A stretch of DNA of 64,000 nt from the human T2T-CHM13v2.0 reference genome, Homo sapiens: the NCBI RefSeq assembly GCF_009914755.1, contig NC_060936.1. One strand, 5' to 3'. The notes below the pieces were generated by a model. That model saw nothing but the letters and a program-made list of their open reading frames with translations, was not told the origin of the DNA and did not search any database. The position numbers were made by a program, and so were the translations under genes. Below are positions 18,401-29,435 of this stretch, piece after piece (positions within the stretch are counted from its first letter, which is position 1; the number at the start of each line of letters is the position of its first letter).

Positions 18401-19962
18401 AGATGTTAGAAGGACAGCTGAGCATTAAGTGCCTGTGTAGTGTTTGCAGCTTAGTGTCCCATGCAGAAGGGGAATCTGGGCCCTGGTGTTAGAATTCAGT
18501 GTAATTCTGGGTTCCTGCTTTCCTTCCAGGAAATCCCACTTCCAGCTGGATGTCTGGATGAACTACTGAAAGCTGCTGAGTGTCCTGCAGCAGGTGAGCT
18601 GTGGCCAGAGCCCAAGGATGAAGGGGACTCCCTCACTCTGTGACTGTGAAGAGGAAGCCTGAGGTGTAGCAGGCCCAGGCCCCAGAAGTATGGAAAAAAT
18701 GAGGTAGGGAGGGAGGGGACCTCAGGAGAAGACTGAGGTCTACAGAATCCCAGGGTCAAGGGGATGGTGTGGTGTCCTGGCACTGTCCTTGATGTTCCAA
18801 GAGGGGTGAGAATCCATCTCCTGAGTAAAAACTTCACATGGGGTGAGGAGGGGAGAAGTGAACAGAGAGGAAGCAGGGAAGGCCAAGACAGCCACCAGCC
18901 TTACAGCAGTTTTAACCAGAAATGGATGCAGACTCTGGACCCCATCACAGGAGTGCAGGCCTAGGACTGTCTCCAGGTGATGCATAGCTCCCTTGTCAGG
19001 TTAGTGGGTGCAGGGATTGTGACGTCTGCAGGGGTGTGGAAGGCTGAGCAAGGGGAGCAGCTTACTGGGCTGGACCAGAAATACTGAACATCTTTTCCAT
19101 CAGTGAAATCCGCTTCTGGGTCAGAAAAAAGTGCGAGTTCTAGAGGGGCAGGGCCTAGGAGGAGGTCAGGTCCTGAGCCTTCCTGGTTTGACCACCTCCC
19201 ACCCCCTGTGTTTCTGGGTCTGTCCTCACTTCCACCCAGCGGATCCTGAGTCTCTTCCTTTGAGTCCCTGTGAGTGTGTTGTGTGCAGTGGGGCCGGGCT
19301 GCTTCATCCACTGCAAGTTAAATGCTTCCAATACTTTCCGGCCAAAGCTTAGAGTTGTCAGACCACTGACTTTGAATGTTGACCTGGTTCCTTGTGGAAC
19401 AGAGTAATAGCTATTGAAGTTTAAAGTCACTTTCCTGCGTGGATGGTGAAGAGGCAGGCTGTTCAGGCATAACTGCCCTCAGGCCTGGAGGGCTGTGGAG
19501 GTCACCGTGGGCGGTGGGTGGATCCGGAACCTCTGTGGCTCTAGACTTTCAACTATTTCATTTTTTCTTTTGTAGTTTTTGTCTGTTGCTTGCTTTTTTA
19601 CAATGGGAACTAGAATGTAAGATGCCAAACTCAGCCTGTGGGGAACATGGATTTTCACAACAGCAACCACAGAGCGTGGTTTCCATTTCTATTCCCTGTT
19701 CATGTGGGAGGCAGAGAAGGAAATCAGGTGCTCAGTTCCAGGGACATCACAGGACTAGGACATGTGCAGTGAGGGTGGAAGGCAGAGGCATTGCTTTAGG
19801 AGAATAAAATTACTGCATGCACACACATATGTATGTATATGGATGTATGTACACAAACATGCATATTTATAGGTTCTGTTCTCCCTCTCTCTATATAATT
19901 TTCTTTATTTCACACTTGATATGATTTCTAAATTTAAATACCTTTGAGACAAATGTGAATTG

Positions 19963-21126
19963 TGAAGGGATTTAAAAATGTCAGTGAAAAATGGAATTAA
20001 CAATAAAAATATAAATATAAACTTTGTTTCTCAATATAAGCTCTACTGAGGTCCAGACACTCCATTAAGGGATGATCCCAGCCATTCAGTCCATTGCTAA
20101 ACAACTGAGGGTAACGGGAATTTAACCTTGTCAATGCAGTCTTCTATTAGTAACTAAAGAAAAACGGGTGCCCTTTACAGTTATTTTAAGATTAGGGAAA
20201 AAAAGGTCAGAAGAAACCAAATCAGGACTGTAATGTTGATGCCTAATAATTTCCCATGAAAACTCTTGCAAAATTACCCATGTTTGATGAGAGGAAGGAG
20301 CAGAAGTGTTGTTGTGGTGCAGAGTGACTCTCTAGTGAAGCTTTACAGGGCGCTTTTCTGCAAAAGTACTTGCTAATTTTCTCTAAGAACTCTCCTAGTA
20401 AGCAGATGTTATGGTGCTTTGATCTTACAGAAAGTCAACCAGCAAAATGCCTTGAGCATCCCCAAAACCTCCATGGCTTTTGCTTTTGAGAAGTTTGCTT
20501 TTGCTTTGACTGGACCACTTCTACCTCTTGGTAGCCATTGCTCGAATTGTGCTTTGTCTTCAGGATCTTATTGATAAAGCCAGTTTCACTCCCTGTTATA
20601 ATTCTTCAAAATAATGCTTCAGGATCTTGATTCCGCTTGCTCAAAATAGCCACTAATAGCTCTGCTTTTGTCCACTGCTGATCTAGGCACAAGGGTATTT
20701 GGGACTCATCAAATGTAAAGTTTCTCAGCTTTCACGTTATAGTCAGTATTGTGTAAGCTGAACCAATTGAGATGTCTGTGGTGTTGGCTATAATATCTCT
20801 TGTTAATTGTCAATCCTCCTCAATTAGGGCATAGAAACGATTTTTTTTTCTCAAAAATTGGTATGGATGTCCCTCCTCTGTTGACTTCATCTTCAACATT
20901 GTATTATCTCTTCTTAGAATAAGGTATCCATTTGTAAATGACTGATTCTTCAGGTCATTTTTCCCATAGACTTTTCATAAAGAATAATTTATTTCACCAT
21001 TTTTTGTACCCCAGCTTCACCGTAAATTTGATGTTTGTTCTTGCTTCAGGTTTGACAGAATTCATGTTGCTGCCATAGAGGGTCTCTTTTCAAACTGATG
21101 TCTTAAATCTTGTTCAGATATGTTAA
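19963..21126 (-). mobile_element. HSMAR2 mariner DNA transposon, near full length, decayed
   Basis: Reverse strand reads ...CAACATGAATTCTGTCAAACCTGAAGCAAGAACAAACATCAAATTTACGGTGAAGCT (transposase start at 21065). A 3' terminal inverted repeat (TIR)-like end lies at about 19963; the 5' TIR is missing. Confidence 0.88.
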
Positions 21127-21202
21127 AACAGGGCCAGGCATGGTAGCTCACACCTGTAATCCCTGCATTTTGGAAGGTTAGAAAAAATAAAGTTTTTTAA
21201 AA

Positions 21203-23705
21203 CTTTATTTTATTTCATTTTAAGTTCTGGGATACATGTGCAGGATGTGCAGGTTTGTTACATAGGTAAATGTGTGCCATGGTGGTTTGCTGTACCTATC
21301 AACCCATCACCTAGGTATTCAGCCCACATGCATTAGCTATTTATCCTGATGCACTCCCTCCCCACTCACCCCAAGACAGACTCCAGTGTGTGTTGTTCCC
21401 CTCCCTGTGTCTATGTTCTCTCGTTGTTCATCTCCCACTTGTAAGTGAGAACATGTGTGTTTGGTTTTCTGTTCCTGCATTAGTTTGCTGAGAATAATGA
21501 CTTCCAGCTTCATCCATGTCCCTGCAAAGGACATGATCTCATTCCTTTTTATGGCTGCATAGTATTCCATGGTGTATATGTATCACAGTTTCTGTATCCA
21601 GTCTATCATTGATGGGCATTTGGGTTGATTCTATGTCTTTGCTATTGTGAATAGTGCTGCAATGAACATATGCATGCATGTATCTTTATAATACAAGAAT
21701 TTATATTCCTTTGGGTATATACCCAGTAATGGGATTGCTGGGTCAAATGGTATTTCTGATTCTAGATCTTTGAAAAATCACCACAGTCTTCCACAGTGGT
21801 TGAACTAACTTACATTCGCACCAACAGTGTAAAAGTGTTCCTATTGCCCCACAGTCTCACCAGCATCTGTTGTTTTTTGACTTTTTAATAATCACCATTC
21901 TGACTGGCATGAGATGGTATCTCACTGTGGTTTTGATTTGTATTTCTCTAATGATCAGTAATGTTGGGCTTTTTTTTCATGTTTGTTGGCTGCATAAATG
22001 TCTTCTTTTGAGAAGTGTCTGTTCATGTCCTTTGCCCACTTTTGAAATTTTGAAATTTTTATTTTTTAAGACAGAGTCTTGCTCTGTCACTCAGGGTGGA
22101 GTTCAGTGGCACAATCTTGGGTCACTGCAACCTCTGCCTCCCAGATTCAGGTGATTCTTCTCTCTCAGGCTCCTGAGTAGTTGGGATTACAGGCCCGCAC
22201 CACTACATCCGGCTAATTTATTGTATTTTCAGTAGAGACGTGGTTTCACCAGCATTGCCAGGCTGATCTTGAACTCCTGGCCTCAAGTTATCTGCCCACT
22301 TCACCCTCCCAAACTGCTGGGATTACAGGCATGAGCCACTGTACCCAGCTTTTGCCCACTTTTATATGGGGTTGGATTTTTTACAGTTTTGGGTTTTACA
22401 TTTAAGTCTTTAATCCATTTTCAGTTCATTTTTGTATAAGGCATAAGGAAGGGGTACAGTTTCAGTTTTCTGCATATGTCTAGCCAGTTTTTCAAGCACC
22501 ATTTATTATTAAATAGGGAATCCTTTCCCCATTGCTGGTTTTCATCAAAAATAAAATGGTTGTAGATGTGCAATCTTATTTCTGATATATCTATTCCATT
22601 CCATTGGTCTATGTGTCTGTTTTGTACCACTACCATGCTGTTGGGTTACTATAGCCTTGTAATATAGTTTGAAGTCAGGTAGCATGATGCCTCTAACTTT
22701 GTTATTTTAGCTTAGGATTGTCCTGGGTATATGTGCTCTTTTTTCATTCCACATGAATTTTGAAGTAGTTTTTTCTAATTTTGTAAAGAATGTCCATGGT
22801 AGTTTATGGGAATAGCATTGAATCTATGAATTACTTTGGGAAGTATGGCATTTTCATGATATTGATTCTTCTTACCCATGAGCATGGAATGTTTTTCCAT
22901 TTGTTTGCGTCCTCTCTTATTTCCTTGAGTAGTGGTTTGCAGTTCTCCTTGAAGAGGTCCTTCACTTGCCTTGTTAGCTATATTCCTAGCTATTTTATAC
23001 TCTTTGCAGCAATTGTAAATGGGAACTCATTTGTGATTTGGCTCTCTTCTTGTCTATTGTTGCTGTATAAGAATGCTTGTGATTTTTGCACACTGATTTT
23101 GTATCTTGAGACTTTACTGAAGTTGCTTATAAGCTTAAGAATCTTTTGGGCTGAGATGATGGGATTTTATAGATATAGGATCATGTCATCTGCAAACAAA
23201 GACAGTTCAACTTCCTCTTTTACTATTTGAATATGCTTTATTTCTTTCTCTTGCCTGATTGCCTTGGCCAGAACTTCCAGTACTATATTGAGTAGGAGTG
23301 GTGAGAGAGGGCATCCTTGCCTTGTGCCGAATTTCAAACGGAATGCTTCCAGCTCTTGAATATTCAATATGATATTGGCTGTGGGTTTGTCATAAATGGC
23401 TCTTATTATTTTGAGATATGTTCCAGCAATACCTAGTTTCATGAGGTTTTTAACATAAAGGAATGTTGAATTTTATCAAAGATCTTTTCTGAGTCTACTG
23501 AAATAATCATGGGGTTTTTGTCTTTAGTTCTGTTTACATGGTGAATTACATTTATTGATTTGTGTATGTTGAACCAGCCTTTCATCCCAAAGATGCAGCC
23601 GACTTGATTGTGGTGGATGAGCTTTTTGATGTGCTGCTGGATTCTGTTTGCTAGTATTCTATTAAGAATTTTTGCATTGATGTTCATCAGGGATATTGGC
23701 CTGGA
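21203..23705 (-). mobile_element. 5'-truncated older L1PA (3' UTR plus ORF2 RT fragments)
   Basis: ORF2 peptides such as [12 protein letters not shown]..., [12 protein letters not shown] and MEYYAAIKRNEIMSFAGTWMKLE, with multiple stops and an internal deletion near 22380. Confidence 0.95.
22056..22350 (-). mobile_element. Alu inserted in the L1
   Basis: Reverse Alu flanked by TSD tttgcccactttt (about 22031 and 22351). Confidence 0.9.
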
Positions 23706-24479
23706 TTGAGCAGGTATGTGTGTGTGTGTGTTTCTACCTTGGTTTGCCAGTAGGTTGATGTGTGAGTGTGTGTGACTTTGTGTGTGTGTGTGTGTGTGTG
23801 TGTGAATGTGTGATAGAGAGCCAAACTAGAGCAGAGGAGGTTCCCTGGCCTGCCATGACATTAAATGTTCTGAATTCAAGATACCAAGAGAGGCATGAGA
23901 CCCACAGTTGAAACTTCATGATGTGGCCAGGTTTCAGGGGTTTCTGGGAGCTGCCAGTGGGCATGTCTCAGGCTTGCTCCCACTGACAATCCATGTCTTC
24001 TCTCTAAATGGGAGATGGCTCTGTATGGAGAACAGGCAACTGAGAGCATGATGTAAGGGTTCCACCTCATACTCACTAGGAAAGAAAACAGTTTTCATCA
24101 TCTCTCACTCCATTCCCATTGTAAATCTATAGACACAGGGGTCAGTTACCTGAAATGTTAGCATAGGTAAAGTCCTCAGACCAAATTAGATGTCCTACCT
24201 TCTCATGTGGATCAGATCCTAAAAATACAACTGCTTCCTGTGGTCATTATCTTTTATCACAGGCCATTTCCAATCCAGAGGAAGACCTTCTAGAAGAAGT
24301 GATGGGTGGGAGAGTGCTGACATACTATGCAAAGCTACTATTTGGAGTTGGACACGAGTGCATGTGACCTTGTGCCACAGCGGGAATGTGAGCTGGATGA
24401 CAAATGGAGATTTGGACTTGTGATAATTGGCCTCTGTGTCATTGTGTGGAAGACTGACTGGTCCCTTTATTTCCTGTAG

Positions 24480-25473
24480 CTTGACTACCACACAAATTAA
24501 TCCACTCAAATGTTGGCAAGTGGAGCAGAGTCCCAGGACAGGTAAGGCACTTTCCCTGCTTTTTCTTAAGATCAATCCCCATGCCTAGAAATTAAAGTCA
24601 CATCCCACACAATCATTAAAGTAGAGAATACATTCTGCAGGATGAGTGAAAAGGCATTTATGATTCTTGGGGGCAGATGTTCTACAGTTGCCTGTGCTAG
24701 TTCATGTCTTTCTGCAGATCACATTCTTAACCTCTAGAGAGTCTTGCAGGACCAGAGCCTTACCTTTCCCAGTCTGCAATCTCTACAGGTACAGAAACAC
24801 CCCCAGTTCAAGGATCTTCACACCTGGATTTAGGCCTACACCTGCAACTACCCCAGGTAAGTTTCCTTGTTCTTCAATGGCAAAGTTTGGACAATGCTGT
24901 TCAAACTCCAGGCAACAAGCAACATCTAGGGAATGTGCTTTTAGGTAGGGTCAGCATAATATCCCACTCTGGGAGACATTTTTATTTTAAAGTTGTAGAG
25001 GGTGATGCTGCTGGCGGCTCCCTCCCAATCAGCACCATTTGCAGCCTCTTTTGAAGACAGAGAACTGAGGGCTGTCCTTCGAGTGGAGCAGTGTGATTCC
25101 AAAAAAAGAGATGCTCCTTGTGGTCCTGGGACCAGGGATAGGACTCCAGTTGAGCCTGGTGGAAGAGGTCCTCATCCTAGCCCAACGGAGAGCCATGCAG
25201 CTGAGCTTGGGCGATGTGGTCCACGTGGTTGTTTCTGAGTGTGTCCTGAGGTTCCTGGATGGCTTGCAGTTCCCTATGCAGATCCAATGCATTTTTTGCT
25301 TTTTTGCTTCTACAACCTGGAATTTATATGTTCAAGATGGAGCCATCTCAGCCATGACAACAGAGAATGTACCACTCTCACGTGAGGAAGAGGGGTAGGC
25401 AGTGCTCCTGTATCACCAGCTGTTAATGAGACCCTGAGGAAACCACATCATGGAGATCAGCCCTTCTCTCCTG
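24480..25473 (+). pseudogene. PRR23D-like unprocessed gene relic; exons 24480-24541, 24789-24856 and about 25084-25473
   Basis: The exons translate to LTTTQINPLKCWQVEQSPRT / [23 protein letters not shown] / ...KEMLLVVLGPGIGLQLSLVEEVLIL...VVSECVLRFLDGLQFPMQIQ...QDGAISAMTTENVPLSREEEG*. These are colinear with the recalled PRR23D1 sequence. The first two exons have canonical AG/GT splice sites. Confidence 0.82.
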
Positions 25474-25475
25474 TA

Positions 25476-26838
25476 AGGAACTCATCCTATGAAAGAGCAA
25501 TTGGTGGCTGCAAGAGCTGTCTCTGGGACAGCTGTTCATGTCTATATCTGCAGGGTAACCCTCATAGTCATATGCAGTCATATCCATAGTCATATCTGGA
25601 GTCAGTCTCCAGTTTGACTGAGTGAATGGAGAAACTAAACATTTATTACTGAATAATAACATTAATAAACCATCTTAATGATAGTAATAATAAACATATT
25701 GATGAGTATTAACAGGAATGATGATGATTATTATGATACTAATATCCATAATTAATAATTTTAATATTGATAATACTACTAACCCCGTGGACTTGGGACC
25801 TAAAGAGCAGTTTCCCCTGACAATTATCCCGTATTTGGCCACATGGGGTAATATTGAGTTCCAGAAGGCAAAGATTAACATTCAGAAAAATAGGAAAAAC
25901 AACCTGCAGGTAGGCGTGTGCACACATGGGGACTCTATGGATAAATACTAAAGTGACTCTTGTTCTGGATCTCCATGCTAACAAACATGCACCAGCTTTC
26001 AGGAGGTAGGACAGCTGGCTGATGGGGCAAGGCTTCTTGAAGACATGGCAGCAGTCAGAAATCACACATGCTGCCCAGCAGCAGAGCTCATGACAAGCAG
26101 TAAACCCCAGTGAAAGGACCTGGCTGCCCTTCTGCCATCTGCTCTCCCATGGCCTCTCTTGACTGGTACATCTAGGCACTGGAGTAACCTTCACTGGCTA
26201 TAGGAGGGCATAATCCTCAGTATTCTCCCACTTGCAAGAAAGACAAAAATTACCTGAATACCATGGCTTCTGGGTATCCTTAGTGGGCTTAGCGTATTTT
26301 TCATTTGCTTTAACAGGCCAGTTATCCAGGCAGTGACTTTCTGTACAGCTACAGTCACCTCTGGACACCTGCGGAGACTTTAAAAATTTCCAGAAGGTCA
26401 GGAATTTTTGGAGACCTTTCTTATGGCTACGTTGCCTGCAAAGGTGAATCAATAAGCTTCTGAACTGACTTAGAAAATGTTGCAGAGACTCTTGTGAACA
26501 GATAGACCCTCTCCTGCCACTCCAGATAGACGTATCCGGGTCACACACACCTGATTTAACAACATCTCATTATCTCAGGTGAGCAACAGACAGCAATTTA
26601 GGACCTATCCCAGTGTGGATGAGAGATATTGAGTTGGCTTAGAAAAATGTTAGATAGACTAGATGGGGCAAGAAAGCCCATTCTGGGGCTCAAAAGCCTG
26701 CACATAGAGTTGCTGGCACATAAAGGGTATGTATAAATTCTTTCTCAGCCCATGAGATCAGGATGAACTTCATCAGTATACCATGCTGGTATGAAGAGAT
26801 TATTGCCTCCAAAGGGACTCAGAATATTTCAGGGATCC
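25476..26838 (+). repeat. Internal paralog of 11430-15612 (without the Alu and SVA)
   Basis: Shared anchors in the same order: aaagagcaattggtggc, ggacttgggac, accagctttcagga, aatttccagaaggtca, gacttagaaaatgttgcaga, cattctggggctca, cacatagagttgct. Confidence 0.85.
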
Positions 26839-27400
26839 TGTATTAGTCCATTTTTACACTGTTGTAAAGACACTACCCCACACTGGGTAATTTACAAAGG
26901 GAAGATGTTTAATTAATTCACAGTTCTGCATCGCTGGGGAGGCCTCAGGAAACTTACAGTCACGGTGGAAGGCAAGACAGAAGCAGGCACCTTTTTTCAC
27001 AAGGTGGCAGGAGAGAGAAGTGAGTGCACAGAAAAAAAAACCTCCTACTTTTAAAACCATCAGATCTCCTAAGAATTCACTCACTATCATGAGGATAGCA
27101 TGAAGTAAACTTCTTCGACACATGGCGATTACAGGTCCCTCTGTCGATGTGTGGGGATAATAATTTGAGATGAGGTTTGGGTGGGGACACAGAGCCAAAC
27201 CATATTATTCTGCTCCTGGCACCTCCCAAATCTCATGTCTTTTATATATATTTCAAAACCAATCATGCTTTCCCAACAGTCCCCCAAAGTCTTAACTGAT
27301 TCCAGCATAACTCAAAACTCCAAGTCCAAAGTCTTATTTGAGACAAGTCCCTTCTGCCTATCAGCCTATAAAATTAAAAAAAAAGTTAGTTACATCCACA
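26839..27400 (-). mobile_element. THE1D/MSTA-type MaLR LTR (26839-27207) plus a short internal fragment
   Basis: tgtattagtccatttttacac...ggggaggcctcaggaaacttac...acacagagccaaaccatatta followed by ttctgctcctggcacctcccaaatctcatgtc. Confidence 0.85.
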
Positions 27401-27409
27401 ATGGGGACC

Positions 27410-29435
27410 TCATGACCCTGACCAGTGCCCTATCCTACTGTGGCTCAACTGATATCCAAGATGCAAGACAAAGTCCTTTTTACTCTTTCCTCTAATCTCC
27501 TCTAGCAGAAGGAAGCGGTCTTTTTTGGAGCTGCAAGCTGTGCTGCCTGGGGTTGGGGGAGTGGTAATGCAAGTACTCCTTTAGCTGTCCTGGCTGGTGT
27601 CTCAGTAGGTTTTATGGCCACTCACCTCAGTACACTGACTCTGAGTACAGTACTATTGTGTCTGCAGTAGTGTATGACATGGAAAATAAATCTCCATTCT
27701 CCAAGACTCTTCTTGAGCATCAAGTCTGCCTGATTGTTGAGATATAGCTACAGACTTTCCTCGCTGAGCCTAGCATGCACATGTTCCTCTGCTGGAAAAA
27801 AAAAAAAAACCAAACAAGCCACCAAACAACTTCCCACAAGTGGAATGTTCTGGGACTCAAGGGGAGTCCCTGAAATTCTGATTACTGCATATGCTGCTGC
27901 TGCTTCTCTGGGTCTAGCTACCCAGTGGGGCTGCTGCACACTAGGCTGGTGCTCAAGAATGTCTGCAATGGACCCAGTGATGTAATCTGTCCTCAAGTCT
28001 CACAGCAGTGTGTATCAGCAGCTGATCAGATGGGGATGGCAGGGGAGTGATGTAGACTCTGAAAGATTCCTTGGTTATAAATAGTCCTAGTGTGTTGTGT
28101 ATTGGATTTCTCAAATGCCAGTTGTAGTAGTAATGAACTCATCACATGGACAGACTCAGGGCCTCCTGGTTAGCCAGAGTGATGCAAGCAATGGTAACAG
28201 ATGTGGTCACTCACAACTTTTCTCCTTCCTGGGTGCTATGTTATTCTACCTGCAGATGCTGTAAAGGACTGTCAGTAGGCCTTCAGCCAGGAGGTGGTGC
28301 TTCCAAAAGACTGCCAGCTGTGGTGGTAGTGGTGAGATTTGGACTTGCCTTATGTTACCCATGGGAGGCACTCTGGTGTCTCAGGAAATAGGTGGAGCCA
28401 TAGAGCTTCTAAAAGTTTCTTCTGTTATTTGTGTTAATCTACCAGGGTAGGTGGTTGAGCAAAACCAAGTGGGAACTAGGTCAGGTAAGGTGATGCTCTG
28501 GCTCTCTATGTGTGGGACAAGCAGTGGATCCAGTGGGAATTGGAAGGCAGTTCTTGGGCCACTGGAGTAATTTTCCAGAGAGAAGTGAAGCTGTCTCTGC
28601 CTCTGTACAAGGAGAGTCCATATGAAGAATGGGGAGTAGCAGCTTGGTAGTAAGCCCCATCCAGCTCCCACACACTTGGCAAGGCAGGTCTCACACCCAC
28701 AGTGTTCCACTGGGAGTAGCTAGCTAAGTTTCAAGAAGTCTGAGCTCAGAACTCAAAACTGACCCATACCATAAGCCTCTCCTATGGAGACAGCAACTGC
28801 AACCTTCAGGCCACACCCTTCCTGATCCACCTACAGAGCAGGGTCCCCCAGCTCCTGTGCTTGCTGCTGCAGCACACTTCCCACTCACCTCTCAGTTCTG
28901 GCCTGGGGAGTTTGTCCCCAGTCAAGATTATATCACACATTTCAGTTGGGAGGTTGTCTCAACCTGTGACCACCATCTGAGTTAGCTGGCAGACTTCTAG
29001 GAGGTCCTGTCTGAGGTAGAATCAGAAATGGCTTCCCTCCATTCTACCAGAAACTGGGAATGTGCTGGAGATTCAAAGCACATCCCAATGCCACTCCTCA
29101 TATACTCACCACTCTTCCCTAAATCAGCTCCAGCGCTGAGTAGGGTTAAGGCCTTCCCTCACGGCCTGGATTGATAGGTTTCCCAGTGGAAGTGTATATC
29201 TTAGAGTCAGTTTACCCTCCTGTCACACCCTGGAAACTTACAATTTTCTGCCTAGCTTATGGTGTAAGCTGCATCCTGCTGTTTCTTTCAAATGGTCTGT
29301 GGCTTTTTTCAATTTTCCTGTTAAATTCCTGTGTAGCTTCTTGAAAGAAAGTTCACAGTGTGAGTCTCTACACAGCATTTTGTCTTTCCAAGTGCAAGAG
29401 GCAGACTAACAATGCCTTCAGTCCACCATCTTGGA
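27410..29435 (-). mobile_element. Old L1 5' UTR region (L1PB-like)
   Basis: Reverse strand starts CCAAGATGGTGGACTGAAGGCATTGTTAG (YY1-type L1 5' end). Subfamily and left boundary are uncertain. Confidence 0.6.

Noticed and set aside
21337-23687. Reverse-transcriptase-like peptides
   Set aside because: Fragmented ORF2 of a dead, truncated L1.
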